Positions 29,611 to 43,484 of a DNA stretch of 64,000 nucleotides are shown here, in pieces; the first letter of the stretch is position 1; each line of letters begins with the position of its first letter. The position numbers and the translations under genes are program-made. The stretch spans positions 34,720,001-34,784,000 of the forward strand of contig OX597814.1 in assembly GCA_951406725.2 (NCBI GenBank). The letters are read 5' to 3'. Below the pieces are notes generated by a model, which was not told the DNA's origin, did no database searches, and was given only the letters and a program-made list of their open reading frames with translations. Source of the DNA: Octopus vulgaris (Eukaryota).

Positions 29611-31613
29611 TATAATGTCAATTTGCATTTAATTACAGAAATAGTATATACTCTTATCAACTAAGCTTTGCAATAACAGATAGATCATGTTTGAGGCTGT
29701 CATCGTGTTACTATAGATAATACAATGTGCTCATTACATTCCATATTTAATTTTACTTCTTTTCTAAACATTTATTTAGGAAGTAGTACGGGGCTCAGAA
29801 CCCTTTCCTTTTCATGGTTTCTGAGCGGGTGTGAGGAAGACAAGAAGGTAACCTAAACCAGAGCTAAATCCCCTACAGAAGAACTCTTTGGTGTTAAACT
29901 GGTGAGGGGATAAAGTTTAACACGGTAGGATTTTCACTCAGAAAGCACAGAGCAGAAAGAATCATCGCAAGACATCGCGTCCTCTAACGATTTCACAAGT
30001 CTACTGCTTTATTTATCAACTACAGATACCTGCAATTGATAAATTGAAGTCGACTGCATGAGCTAAAAATAAATCAAAATATAAAACGGAAAAATATAAC
30101 AAAGTTGTTTTTTAGTCGGAAATTCTTATGATTGTGCAAATTTGCCATCTATGATTAAGGAAACTGCTGGGATTGTCTCCCTTACAGTTTTCTATCAATA
30201 ATAGTAATTTTGACAATGGTTGTTCGTATCACTATTTCTTCAGTTATTGCACCAAGGATGTTGGTGACCATTTTACTATTATTTATAGAAAATGTGGTAG
30301 TGGAGAGTGCATACTAAGATATGACTTCCAGGTAGCCCGAGATTGTTGTTTCCACACTTCAAAGGGACATCATAATTCATATCTGACCTCCCCTGAAATA
30401 TAGAACATTTTGTCTTCAGTAATAAATCATGAATTTCAAACGTCACCATAGTAAAAGAAAGAAACGATACAGCTTTCCTTGTGTCACACAAAAGAAGGAT
30501 TTTCAGGAAATGCAAAGAAACCAAATTTTTGCCTAAATTGCTTTTGAACGTTAACGGCTAAGTAAAGATCTCGAGGGGTATGTTTCCGCTGAATTTTCAA
30601 CTTAACGTCGAAGATATTTGCGTTTCAGCTACTCTGTTAACACTCTTAAAGCAGCTATGAGCATTGCTCCGTTCATCTAAAAGTGTGAAGTCTTCCTGTA
30701 ACTCTACTCAAAGATGATGACCACATAGTTATACAAACACTCGTATGCAAACAGACTCGCACACAGCCATACACGCAAACATACATGTGCACGCACATAT
30801 GAGGAAAGGAGGAAGGCTGTGAGACGGGATGAAAAAATACTTCGTGTGAGTAGACAATAAACAATGTGTGAATCAGATATTAGTCAGAAAGTTCTCAAAA
30901 TAAAATCTCGGTTAGGTGAAAGATGTACAGAGATATAGTTCTGAACGCGCATACACTGGTATGTTGAGTTTCATTGTTCATAAGCACTACATTAAGTATC
31001 AGATTTAGCTCCCAGTTTCTAAGTTTCACTTTATTTGACATCTCTTAAGTCATTAATGCTCATAAAAATCTGCTTGCACTTCTCAAACGTACAGATCAGC
31101 AGTCCTATAAATTTAAACCTGAGAGTAATCAATATAGTCTATAGCATAGAAAATCACAAAGCATTCAATTGTTACTTCTCTCCGCAGCATACTAAATCAA
31201 ATATGGGAAAGCGTACTGAATTTGAACCATAAAAGCAATCTGTATTCGATTCATACACAAATGAAATACAGACTTTACAATAGAGATGTACTATGTGTAA
31301 GAAACAAAAAATCCAATATGGATACCTAATTGAAAACTCAAACAGAATAGATGTACTGCTATGGTGTTTACGTTTCTCCTGGAGAATCTACAAACTCAAC
31401 ATTAATATTTTTTTTTATCGCAGCGAGGTAAACATTTCTCTACTATATAGAATTTTAATCATCAACGACGCAAGAGAAAGCAAAGTAAATACAAAGTGAC
31501 AGATTAGATTTCAATCTACATTCCTGATGTTTCAAATCTCAACTAATTTAAACTTTTTTCACACATACACAGACACACACAAATGCAAATACATACATGC
31601 AGACACGCATATG

Positions 31614-31644
<31 letters not shown>

Positions 31645-31860
31645 ATATATATGCGTGTCGACTGTTATAAGAATATACATACATGCGTGCATACATACAT
31701 ATATATATATAAATATCTATGTAAATACGTATATATATATATACACACGCACATATATATGCACAAACACACGTATATATAAACCGATGCATGCACATAC
31801 AATGAACTATAAATATATACAGTCTTTCTATTTGTTTCCCTTCAGATATTTGTATATATC

Positions 31861-31910
<50 letters not shown>

Positions 31911-32437
31911 ATCTATCTATCTATCTATATATATATATATATATATACATACATGCATACATATATATATATATGTGTGTGTTTATATGTATGTGTGTGT
32001 ATGTATATATGTATATTTATATATATTTATATATACACATATACGTATGTATGTATGGATATATGTTTGTATGGACAGAGTGAAGGAGAAAGTGAGAGCG
32101 TTTGAGTGCATATGTAACACATATATATATGTGTACATTACTATATTATATTACCATGTAATTATTTTCCTATCACACAAAATTTTGCACTTTCTCATTC
32201 CTTATTTCCTTGCTTCTTATCTATTTTCATTCTTTCGTCTTTTTTTTTCGCTTTTAAGAACATTCGGTATTTTATGTAAGTGAGTAAAGTTTATTTTATA
32301 CCCGTAATTTAACTTAAAATCATATCGATACTTCAATATGCACAAACTTTTCTAAATGCAATTGTATCATTGAACTATACCTATGCTAGAAAGTATTTAT
32401 AATGCTCACACATGCACACTGCACATATATGCAAATA

Positions 32438-32493
<56 letters not shown>

Positions 32494-32498
<5 letters not shown>

Positions 32499-32723
32499 CT
32501 TTACTACCCACAAGGGGCTAAACACAGAGGGGACAAACAAGGACAGACAAACGAATTAAGTCGATTATATCGACCCCAGTGCGTAACTGGTACTTATTTA
32601 ATCGACCCCGAAAGGATGAAAGGCAAAGTCGACCTCGGCGGAATTTGAACTCAGAATGTAACGGCAGACGAAATACGGCTACGCATTTCGCCCGGCGTGC
32701 TAACGTTTCTGCGAGCTCGTCGC

Positions 32724-32725
<2 letters not shown>
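32494..32725 (-). mobile_element. Full-length young family-1 SINE in (TA)n
   Basis: Near-identical to 2172-2405 and 6522-6757. Confidence 0.9.
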
Positions 32726-32768
<43 letters not shown>

Positions 32769-32776
32769 ATACATGT

Positions 32777-32829
<53 letters not shown>

Positions 32830-33093
32830 TATATATATATATATATTTCCAAGAAAGAGGTTGTGAAGCCAACCAACTAAGGGATAATATCTATCAAATA
32901 TACTGCTGGTAGATTACCCAATTATCAATACACATGTGTTTTTTTATTGCATTGCAATTCCATTACCGAGTATAATAAATGGGTGAGAGTAAAGAGTTAT
33001 TTTACCATTATTTTATGGAGCAATAAGAAAATGGTGGGGATCAACAGGTGTTTCGTCAACTTTTAGACATTATATTACGTCAATTTATTTACG

Positions 33094-33319
33094 TATTTAC
33101 TAAAATGACTATTACAAGAATATACAGACATGTATAACATATTATGCTTTACATATAAAATATATAAAGACACCAGTAATTATAAAAATATAAAACATAA
33201 TTTCTATTTCTCTGTGTTATATATTTTTATAATTACTGGTATCTTTATATATTTTATATGTAAAGCATAATATGTTATACAGGTATGTATATTCTTGTAA
33301 TTGTCCTTTTAGTAAATAT
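33094..33319. repeat. ~105-bp-arm fold-back inverted repeat with ~16-bp loop
   Basis: TGTATAACATATTATGCTTTACATATAAAATATATAAAGA at ~33131 and its reverse complement at ~33242. Confidence 0.85.
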
Positions 33320-33748
33320 TTGAGTAATTTCGCCTCCTCAGCAATAGACACCTTAAATTCTTGTGCCTAATTCCAAATTGGCAAGCCTTAACATTCCTCA
33401 TCTAATGCTTTGTTTTGTTTAGTTCTAAACAGATATGGGAACACATATTTAAGTCTTGTTCTAGAGAAACGAGGTGAGATTGAACAAAAGACAATATGCC
33501 GCAGCAGATGCCATTCACACTGTACGTGCAAGAACGTATTATAAACATCTGAACACATAAATACATCCATACATTTATGTACATACATACATACATACAT
33601 ACATACATACATACATACATGCATACATACATATATACATACACACACACACACACATATATATATATGTGTGTGTGCGTGTGTTTGTGTACGTATATAC
33701 ATATATACGTATATACATATATACGTATATACATATATACGTATATAC

Positions 33749-33802
<54 letters not shown>

Positions 33803-33804
<2 letters not shown>

Positions 33805-34357
33805 CAGGTCACTTTCGAGTGCTACTGGTAACATGTAACCCAGTACAACCTGCTGCATGGTCGAGTCGTCGGCGACTAAACCGGCAACCCCACCAAGCAT
33901 GCTTGGTGAGGAGGGTGTTTATTGGACACCCTGCAGGATGAAAAACAAAACCCCGTCAAAGGGCGGAGGAACTCTTTGAGAGTCAACGGCCATCCAATAA
34001 ATGTCTTAAGGCTGTATCATGCGCGGGGACATAGAGATAATCGGACAGAATACCCAATCGCGCGGTTAAACCATTGGGAGTGAAGGACTCCTAGCCTTTG
34101 TTAGGGCATCCTTCTAGGAGAAGGTAACTCGGGTAACTGGGATAACTCCGACGTAAAACCTGCGGCTCAGTGGTTACCGATGATGTTGAATTGTTCTTCT
34201 TTTCGGATTGTGGCTGCTGTTGCTTAATGAGTGGGATTGACTCAGTGCACAGCCTTTCCTCACTTAAAAAAAATCTTCTTGCACAGACATTGCACGATAA
34301 CAACATTGATTAAGTTTCGTGCAATGGCCATACTCGATAACGAGGGGGCAGTCACCA
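33803..34357 (+). mobile_element. GC-rich non-coding element between (TA)n tracts, resembling an RTE-clade 5'UTR-derived non-autonomous retroelement
   Basis: Sharp composition change at both TA tracts. The motif TAGGGCATCCTTCTAGGAGAAGGTAACTC resembles RTE 5'UTR motifs as recalled. Possible HDV-like fold at the 5' end. Confidence 0.5.
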
Positions 34358-35263
34358 TATATATATTAACGTTTTTGACAAAATTTTGTATTTTTAGAAG
34401 GTATTTCATCTGAAGTTACAGAGTGACAATGGACAAATTCGTGTTTGATAAGTGCCAGTACACGAAACTCTCAGCTTTTGACTTACTCTCAACTTCTGCC
34501 AATGATATATATATATACATATTACATATATGTGTAAATAAATCTTATCATGCAATCAAACCAATGAAACAGCCTCTACCTGGTCACTCGACACTCTAAA
34601 AATAGCAGTCAAAGTATCCTCCTACCTAAATCACACGCTCATTGTTGTAATGTCCTAGATTATCCCTAAAAAAACGGTTTGCTGAAGGCTGGAATGTCTT
34701 TGAAGATATTTTTGCAGTATCAGGGTTGATTTGGGGTTAAATAACAACGTTATGGTCAATGTCTATATTAACACCCACACGATATTCACTAAGGAAAAAA
34801 ATGATTTTTTGCGTGGAATCAAGTACCCTGACATGACCTCCTAATATACTGCAAATCCCTTATTTTGGTTCGGAAAAATAAGGTGTAGGGGAGCCCAAAT
34901 CCCGGAATCATTGGAATTATTTTTTCGTTGAATGAATTTCTGTGACCTAATATTGCAAACTTAGGTTACTTAAGGTGATCCTGATACTGATGGTTTTGGC
35001 GTCTTGTTTTTAACTTTTGGTGAGCCATGGTGCAACCAACATGCTAAAATACACTGCCATTAATTTAGTGTGGATGGGTAATATCAAATAATTCAATCAC
35101 AACATATATTTAAATTAAACATGAAAAAACTGAATTATTATCATAACTTCTATTGAAAAATTGAAATATTATCTTTCAGTATTTTATAGGTTAAAATCTT
35201 AAATTATTAATTGACACGTTACTAATTATCTTATAATAGCAATGCCTGGAAAAATCAAGGATT

Positions 35264-35754
35264 ACATGGGAAAATGGGAGCATGAAAAGAAATATTCTCA
35301 AGTTTATAAACCTGGAAAAGTACAGGACAGCGTTATTACACCTGTAAAAGTATAGGACAAGCTATTACTTCTAGTAAAGTAAAGAATAAGAAACTTTTTG
35401 CTTAAAATATTGCAGCTAATTTTATCATAGTTTACAAATAACACTATACTTATTTAAGTAGAACTTGCCTAATTTACTATCTTAAATACAGAAAAAAGTG
35501 ACTAATTAGACAATCATACAAATTATCTGAACAGTTTAGTACAATGCATTTAAAAGAAGAGAACTGTAAAGAGTGATAAATTAGAAGAACTGGCATTCTT
35601 TGCTGCAATATTTTAAGTAAAACGTTTCTTATTCTTTACTTTACTAGAAGTAATAGCTTGTCCTATACTTTTACAGGTGTAAAAACTTGACCTGTACTTT
35701 TCCAGGTTTATAATCTTAAGAATATAACTTATCATGCTCGCATTTTTCCACGTA
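35264..35754. repeat. ~150-bp imperfect inverted repeats with ~185-bp spacer (MITE-like or PLE inversion)
   Basis: 35264-35416 versus 35602-35754, e.g. ACACCTGTAAAAGTATAGGACAAGCTATTACTTCTAGTAAAGTAAAGAATAAGAAAC and its exact reverse complement. Confidence 0.85.
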
Positions 35755-35905
35755 TAATATATATATATATATATATATATATTATGTTCAGTAAAATTTA
35801 GATTCAGTTGAATATGGTACTTAAGTTAAAGGCACCAGAATTTAGCATGGTATTATCCATATAATTCAAAATGGGGTTATTTGATGTAATCACCCCATTT
35901 TGAAT

Positions 35906-35959
<54 letters not shown>

Positions 35960-36249
35960 AGCGTAAGATAAAATTACTAGTCTATGTGATACATACATTG
36001 TTCGTCCCATTTCCATCAAAATGTAGTTTTATCTTTATTTCTATTTATAGTCATCTGATTCAGATCATGCTGAAATATCATAATGAAAATTTGAGTCCTT
36101 CATATCAAATTTAGTCCAGTGCGTATTTTGTTTTATCTAAGCGCATTTTCACTACTCTTACATTTCAGAACATAAACAAAATTATCGCTTTTCAGACTAT
36201 GTAAAGAATCACTGGATCACACCTTCAGACATATATGCATACACAGATG

Positions 36250-36660
36250 CATCATCATCATCATCGTTTAAAGTCTGCTTTCCATGCTAGCATGGGCTGG
36301 ACGGTTTGACTGAGGACTGGCGAACCAGATGGCTGCACCAGGCTCCAATCTTATCTGGCAGAGTTTCTACAACTGGATGCCCTTCCTAACGCCAACCACT
36401 CCGAGAGTGTAGTGGGTGCTTTTATGTGCCACCGGCACGAGGGCCAGTCAGGCGGTACTGATAACGGCCACGCTCAAATGGTGTTTTTTACGTTCCTCCT
36501 GCACAGGAGCCAGTCCAGCGGCACTGGCAATGACCTCGCTCGAAAGTTGTTTTTCACGTACCACCGGCTGGTAATGATCACGCTCGAATGGTACGTTTTA
36601 CGACCACGCTCGGATGGTGCTCTTAACACTCCACTAGCACGGATACCAGTTACGCGGTGC
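36250..36660 (-). mobile_element. SINE 3' portion (family 4) with a V-domain-like motif and (GAT)n tail
   Basis: Minus strand GGTTGGCGTTAGGAAGGGCATCCAG and ..CTTTAAACGATGATGATG; short imperfect internal repeats (CACGCTCGAA-like). Confidence 0.65.
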
Positions 36661-37620
36661 TGTCAGCATGTGGTTTCATTTTTATTTTAAGTGCATACAT
36701 TTTTACACACACTTTCGTATATTACTCATTTATAAATACCTTTTGTTTTTCACTCTGTCCATTGCACCTTTCCGTCATCGATCTCCTTTTTTTTCCCATC
36801 TACACTGTCTTTCTCCTCTTGTTATCTGCGCTAATATCCTAATTCCTCTTCCATATCTCTTCATTTTCCTATTTGTTTCTCTCCCATAATTTTACATTCA
36901 TTCAACAGCTATTTTCTTGCACTGATGGTGTTACTTGGCTAATGCTATCTTAGTTTTTCCTCACATACTCTTTCTCACTCTTCGTCTAGTTCACACGTTC
37001 TTAAACCAATGTTTCATCACAGTTCGTATTACCTGTCGTATTCATTTAGCTACTTATTTCTTTCCCTTTCTCTCTTGTTACCTGTTTTCATTCATCTTAC
37101 ACCTATTTCCATCTCTATATTTCCTTTCTGCCTCACTCACATTTAATTTCTATTCTGAAGAATGTCCCACCTGTATTTATTTATACTCAATAATACTATC
37201 TGTAGTTGTTTTTACTGCACCAAATTGAAGTCAACACGTATCTATTTTCTTATATTTTTTGTTGAACAGTATTACGTGCTTCATTGTCCTTAATTTTCCG
37301 TTTCATTCGAATATAGCTATACATCGTGGTCCAAGATATAAACGAATGTAAGACCCAGGGATCGAGGTGTAGGAAGAAAGTTAACAACAATCTGTATTAA
37401 ATACGCAGTTTACAAGCCTCTATGCTTGGAATGACCAATTATAAGCACCAATGGAACTCACGCATAAGGTACAGGAAACTTATATATATACACCATTCTG
37501 TTTAAATATTGGAACTAGAAATACGATATTCTTATGTATCTCACGTCTGTTTTCATTCCTTTACTTCACTCTGTATTTCATATCTTCTCTATAACTATTA
37601 CTTAAACATTTTCTCGCACC

Positions 37621-37668
37621 GTCTCTGATGAAGGGATATATAAGATATCTCGGAAACAGCTGTAAGAC
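37621..37668 (+). ncRNA. Type I minimal hammerhead motif in a short (TA)-flanked element (~37490-37735)
   Basis: GUCU-CUGAUGA-AGGGAUAU(AUAAG)AUAUCUCG-GAAA-CAGCU-GUA^AGAC. Stem I GUCU/AGAC; palindromic stem III ACAGCUGU; first pair of stem II is an A-G mismatch. Confidence 0.75.
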
Positions 37669-37840
37669 ATTCTCTTTATATATATTCTGAAAACTATTCC
37701 CAGGCTTGGTTTTTTATCTCATTCTGTTAATTTATTTATATATACATATACACACATATATCTATATATATATATATTTATACACATATACACACATATA
37801 TCTATATATATATATATTTATATACATATACACACATATA

Positions 37841-37881
<41 letters not shown>

Positions 37882-38021
37882 GCATGCTAATATACGACCT
37901 ATGTTGGACTCCCCATTCTTATAATCATCGAAGTTAGAACTTAATTGTAGTCTTTCTAAAGCACTTACTCAACATTATCTGACAACTTTGGGTCTTCTTG
38001 AGGTCAATACATTTCATACCT

Positions 38022-38105
<84 letters not shown>

Positions 38106-38834
38106 TGTGTGTGTATGTGTGTGTGTGTGTATGTATGTACATATATACATATATGCATATATATGTGTGTTTGTGTGCACGTAAACATTCACACCGTATT
38201 CCCAAACGCACACGCACCCTCACACGCACACACTCATTCACACTCACACAGACGCGCTTACACACACATGAATACACGATTGACTTCGATGGTATTTCCG
38301 AGGCATTTGAAAGCCTGTTTCTCTTTGATTGATACAGCTCATGTGATAGTCTCAGGTAGCTTTTTGCAAATTCTCACATTCGAATGCAGTAACTTTCTCT
38401 CTAGACTGCGGTTCGTAGTTTCTAGCTCTCTGGCAGTGATGGTTATGTATGTACGATACCTTGTAAAATAGCGTCCTTTATATTGCTTTGGTGGCTTTCT
38501 TTTGAGATCTGACCCTCAGATAAGCAGACAGTTCCCTGTATTGAATGCTATTGATCACTATATTTTCTGCAACTGCTATAAGCCTAAGTCATTTCGTTTG
38601 TAGGACAACATGTACTTAGAGAATGGTTTTCAGAGCATTCATCTACTTTAGACAACCGTACTTCACGATGTTGCAGATTTCAGCCTTCTTAACTGTGGTG
38701 CTACCTTTCATGTCCAACTTGCTCTACACGGTTCCCAAAGGTTTTCCTAGCAAACAATCTCATTATATAGAGATAAGCTTTGTCTGTATGGATATATGAG
38801 CACATACACGCAAACACGCGCACATCCCTTCCCC

Positions 38835-38861
<27 letters not shown>

Positions 38862-38865
<4 letters not shown>

Positions 38866-39183
38866 TTATTTATTTATGCGCCCTTTTCAAGCCTAGCCAG
38901 GCTCATGGGCCCTGTTTCCCAGTTTCTCTGGCGTATGTATTCCCCCTAGCTGGGCTGGACGGCAGTCCATCGCAGCGTTACTGAAGAAACAGGAAGAGAG
39001 TGTGAGAGAAAGTTGGGGCGAAAGAGTACAACAGGAGTCCCCACCCCCACCCCACCGCCGGATCCTCGTGGAGCTTTAGGTGTCTTCGCTCAATAAACAC
39101 ACACAACGCCCGGTCTGGGAATCGAAACCGCGATCCTCCGACTGCAAGTCCGGTGCCCTAATCACTGGGCCATTGCGCCTCCA
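38862..39183 (-). mobile_element. Family-3 SINE head and body with a different 3' tail ending (AAAT)n
   Basis: The head matches 18324 and 23031. After CTTTCTCTCAC the sequence diverges to ..GCTGCGATGGACTG..GGGCCCATGAGCC..GCGCATAAATAAAT. Confidence 0.8.
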
Positions 39184-39185
39184 CA

Positions 39186-39247
<62 letters not shown>

Positions 39248-42200
39248 AACACACACACACATACACACACACATATATATGCATACTGTTGAGATTCGTT
39301 TCCCCGATCTTTGAATATATAAAACTCTGTATTAACACTCAATAAAGTTTTATCTTAGAAAAAATAAGCTAAGACACTATAAAACCTATTGATCTACTGT
39401 TTCATGTATGCACAATTTTTTTAATGTCATGACAAGAAACAACAGTCACAAACTCTCAGACAAACGCATATATACATATACTTTATAAATGTCGTTTTAA
39501 CTGATACTTGAAGTGTCGCATGTCGGTTTATTCAAAGAGTGCGCTCTTTTTTTCTTTCTAACGTATATATCGTGTTAAATGAAAAGCCTCATTATTAAAA
39601 ACACATAACAGGATACAAAACTATCATCGCTATTAAAATTGCATATCAGTATGGTTATTCTTGAGCAGTAAATATCTTATTATTAAGGTTGAAGTTTATT
39701 GAAAGGATGTGGTGACTAGGTAAAGAAACAAATACGATTATATTCAAAGTGCAGGAAGATCAAAAACTAGCCAAGTAGGTAGTAGGATTGGGGAGGTGTT
39801 ATTTCTATTGAACTAATCGAAGTGAGAAAAATGCAGCCGATGCTTCATTTTAGCATGAATTTAATGTCTATGTTTCTCTCTTAGTTATGTTGTATCTATA
39901 TGTGTGAATGTTTGGTTGTGTATGATTGTATTTGCATGAGTCTGTTAAAGTGTGTTTTACAATATTTGTGTAAAGTTATTTGAAATGTTTGAGGAATGTT
40001 CACATGGTAAATTAATGCATAATCATATTAAGATTTTAGATTAAATTTTCTCGCAAAATGTATTTTATGTTCAGTGTAATTCTATTAAATAAATACCAAT
40101 ATATTTTGTATTAGTTTGTTTAAGGAACTTTAAATGTTTATGTGCCAGTCTGTTACGCTGTTTGTATACGTATGTTTGTGCTTAAGTGTATTTATATTAC
40201 GTTATTAATTTGTGTGAACTTTGAGAAGACATGATGGTATGTAATAACAGTTAGTAACTTTTAAGCACACATACTCACACACCTATATACATACACATAT
40301 ACACACACATATATATATTCATACACACAATCACACACATGTCTATATATATATATATTAATAAACACACACACACTCACACACACACACACACACACTT
40401 GTATATATGACTGGATATCAAAGTTTACAATTTCTTGAGTGTTGTAATAATATATGCGTTATATAATTCCAATTCTTTAATTGCTAGTATATGAATTTGT
40501 GGCAGATATCGCGATGTTTGCTGCAACGAAATATGAGAATATGAGAATATGAGAAATAAAGTATAATCTATGCTACATCTTCATTTTATTATCTTTCGTT
40601 AAAGTTGCCTACAAAAGTGCATAATCAAAACTTGTACACGCATATCTTATTTTGTTAATGTGTACAATATATTTCTAATGATTTACAAATTATTTATGAT
40701 GCTGTAAGATTTACATTTTGCATTAATCTATATAATAGAATATATTAAAGCGTATTAATATTAAAGCTGATATGTCGGTATTATAGGTATTTGTATGCCA
40801 ACATGTGTAATCTGGAATGTATGTATACATGGATAAATAAGCCTAAATACATTGTCATACATACATATTGAGTAAACAACCGAATATCAGAAGGAACAAC
40901 TTTGGAATTATTATCTTCCTTGCTTAAAATTTCAGTTAGCTTCGATTCGAATTTTTTGCATACATTTAGATACATAGACATACCTGCGTTAACATTTTAA
41001 ATGTATACCCTTAATAGTTCATATTTACATATATGTTCACCTGGTTGAGAAGTTTCGTATCTTAATCACATATTTTAGTGTCAAAACTTTTACTGTGTTG
41101 CTATAATTGCGAGTATTTTATAAATTTTTGCATATATTTAAAACTTTGTATATTTATTCGGTCTATAGACCATATAGGGGTTTGCACATATGCATACATA
41201 AACATATATATGCACATACATGCATATACGTCGCGCATACACACACACACACACTTTGAAGCATACCTACACTTATACATATATACATACATACATATAT
41301 ACATACATATATATACATACACACATGCACGCACACGCACGTACATACACACACACAAACACACACACGCACACACATATTTATATACAAAATGCACGTA
41401 TGTATACACAGACGCGCACATACCTGCATTACGTATCTTGTACGTCTTTGGGTAGGTAAACATGATTGTGGAGTTTTACGTATCTTACACAAGTGTCGAT
41501 GTGGAGTTCTGCTTATGTAAATGTAACCTTATGGGATTGTTGGATGATAAGTTTGTTTAATCTAATGATACAGATATCCTCTGCAAAGTGCGCGTACTGG
41601 CAAAGCTAGAAAAAACTTTAAGTTTTGTCATCCATGAGTGAAGTAAATCCATTGACAAATTTCCAAGTAGATGGTAAATTATTAAATACTTGAATCTCTT
41701 CACGAATAGGAGCGCCAAAAAGTACTTAAAAGTCTCACTGCTACTGATGCCTTGTCAATACTGGAACTAGTTAAAATTATCGCGGGTGTTTTAGAGATGT
41801 TAGTAATATCGGATACCTTGATGACATATTTTCAGATTTTATTAATTGACTTACTACAGATGCAGAACTCAGAACTGGTGTGTGCATTAAATTCCTTGCT
41901 CAGATTTCTTTCAGATTGGTCGGACAACATGAAACTGACAACAGTCAATTTCATGCGTATATTGGAGCAGTTCTATATTAAGCAAGTCTTCTAGGAAAAT
42001 CGTTATTGTGCTACTGACCTCTAGAAGCAGAAAGAAAGAGAAAAGGGAGCAGAGAAGTGAAGATGGTGTTGATAGTATTCAGTGACTTAGAGTTGAATAG
42101 AATGGAAAGGGTAGCACAAACTCAGGTTGATACAAAGGAAAAAAATAGTGGTGAAAACGTGAAGAAATTGAAACTGATAGCATTAAAAACAAATAGAAAC

Positions 42201-42435
42201 AAATGAAATAGAAGACTCGAAAAAAAACAAACTTGGAATGAGGAGCAATAAGTAGGGTAGAGTAGGTACAAACAATAACATAGAGTTAGCGATACAGAGG
42301 CAACGCAGAAACAAGAGATATTTACAGATAAAAGAAGTACAAGCGAAAATGTACACAGAAAGACAATCACGAACATTCTCAAACATAACACTAAAATACG
42401 AATACATATAGACATAAATACGTGTATATGTGTGC

Positions 42436-42472
<37 letters not shown>

Positions 42473-42478
42473 ATAAGA

Positions 42479-42525
<47 letters not shown>

Positions 42526-42606
42526 TAATCCAAACAAGAAAACACAGAAAAAAAGAGAAAAAAACACAGCAACGCAGGACGTGGAACAATTAAAGTATTA
42601 TTGACG

Positions 42607-42644
<38 letters not shown>

Positions 42645-43484
42645 CATACGAAAGGAAAAACTAATAATAATAAAGCAGAATGCCAAACTGAAAGCAAATT
42701 TTTATATAAATGGGTGTAAGAAAAATGAAAAAAGGAAATCAAACCAGCTTTCATTGCTAGGCGAATTTTCAAGATGAGGAAGGGGGAATTATTTTTTTTA
42801 AGACGAAGAAGGGGAAAAAAATTTATAATGTTTTTTTTCAAAAAAATAATAAATATATACAAAAATTAATAAATAAGTATACCAATACATTATATTGTCT
42901 TTATTCTTTTAAAGTTCAATACTATTCCATGGAAAAACTTCTTTATAGGATTTGAATGCATGTGTTTTTGTGTAGTGTTTTGTTTGAGAAGGTTGGATGT
43001 TTATATGTCAAAAGAGGGGTTATCCAGTTCCTGTGAATAAGGGGAGACAATTCTGTGGATTTTATACTCTTTAATTGGAATGCTAGATTGTTTGTTAAAC
43101 AGGATGCTTATATCTATTTTTTGTGAAACAGGATGCTAGGAAAAGGAATACGGTCACCGTGGAGTTTGCATATTGAGAAGCGTTTGGAATTTTTCAATAA
43201 AAAGATTCTCCTTGTTGACTCTTTCTTGTATAGAGATTCTGTCTTTACATTGATAGAAAGGGAATATACGAAATTTGGGATTTTTATTTCTAGCGCAAGA
43301 GTCTATGTGGATATTGAGTGGAATTTGACGATATTGTGGTAGATTTATCTGTTCTTTATGGCTGCTACTCTTCTGCGTAAAAGAAGGCTCGTCTGTCCGA
43401 TATAATTGTGTTGGCAACATGCGCATGTAAGGACGTAAATGAGTTTCTCGGAGGAACAAGACAAGTTGGTCTTGATTTTAAACT
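42645..43484 (-). mobile_element. Penelope-like element 3' relic with GIY-YIG endonuclease fragment, running out to a (TA)n tract
   Basis: Frameshifted translation FKIKTNLSCSSEKLIYVLTCACCQHNYIGQTSLLLRRR / EQINLPQYRQIPLNIHIDSC..ERVNKENLFIEKFQTLLN matches the PLE-type GIY-YIG with interspersed Cys (43154-43484). The downstream extent is inferred. Confidence 0.75.

Noticed and set aside
37150-37240. CTGAAGA after a pyrimidine-rich tract
   Set aside because: No matching GAAA-stem arrangement.
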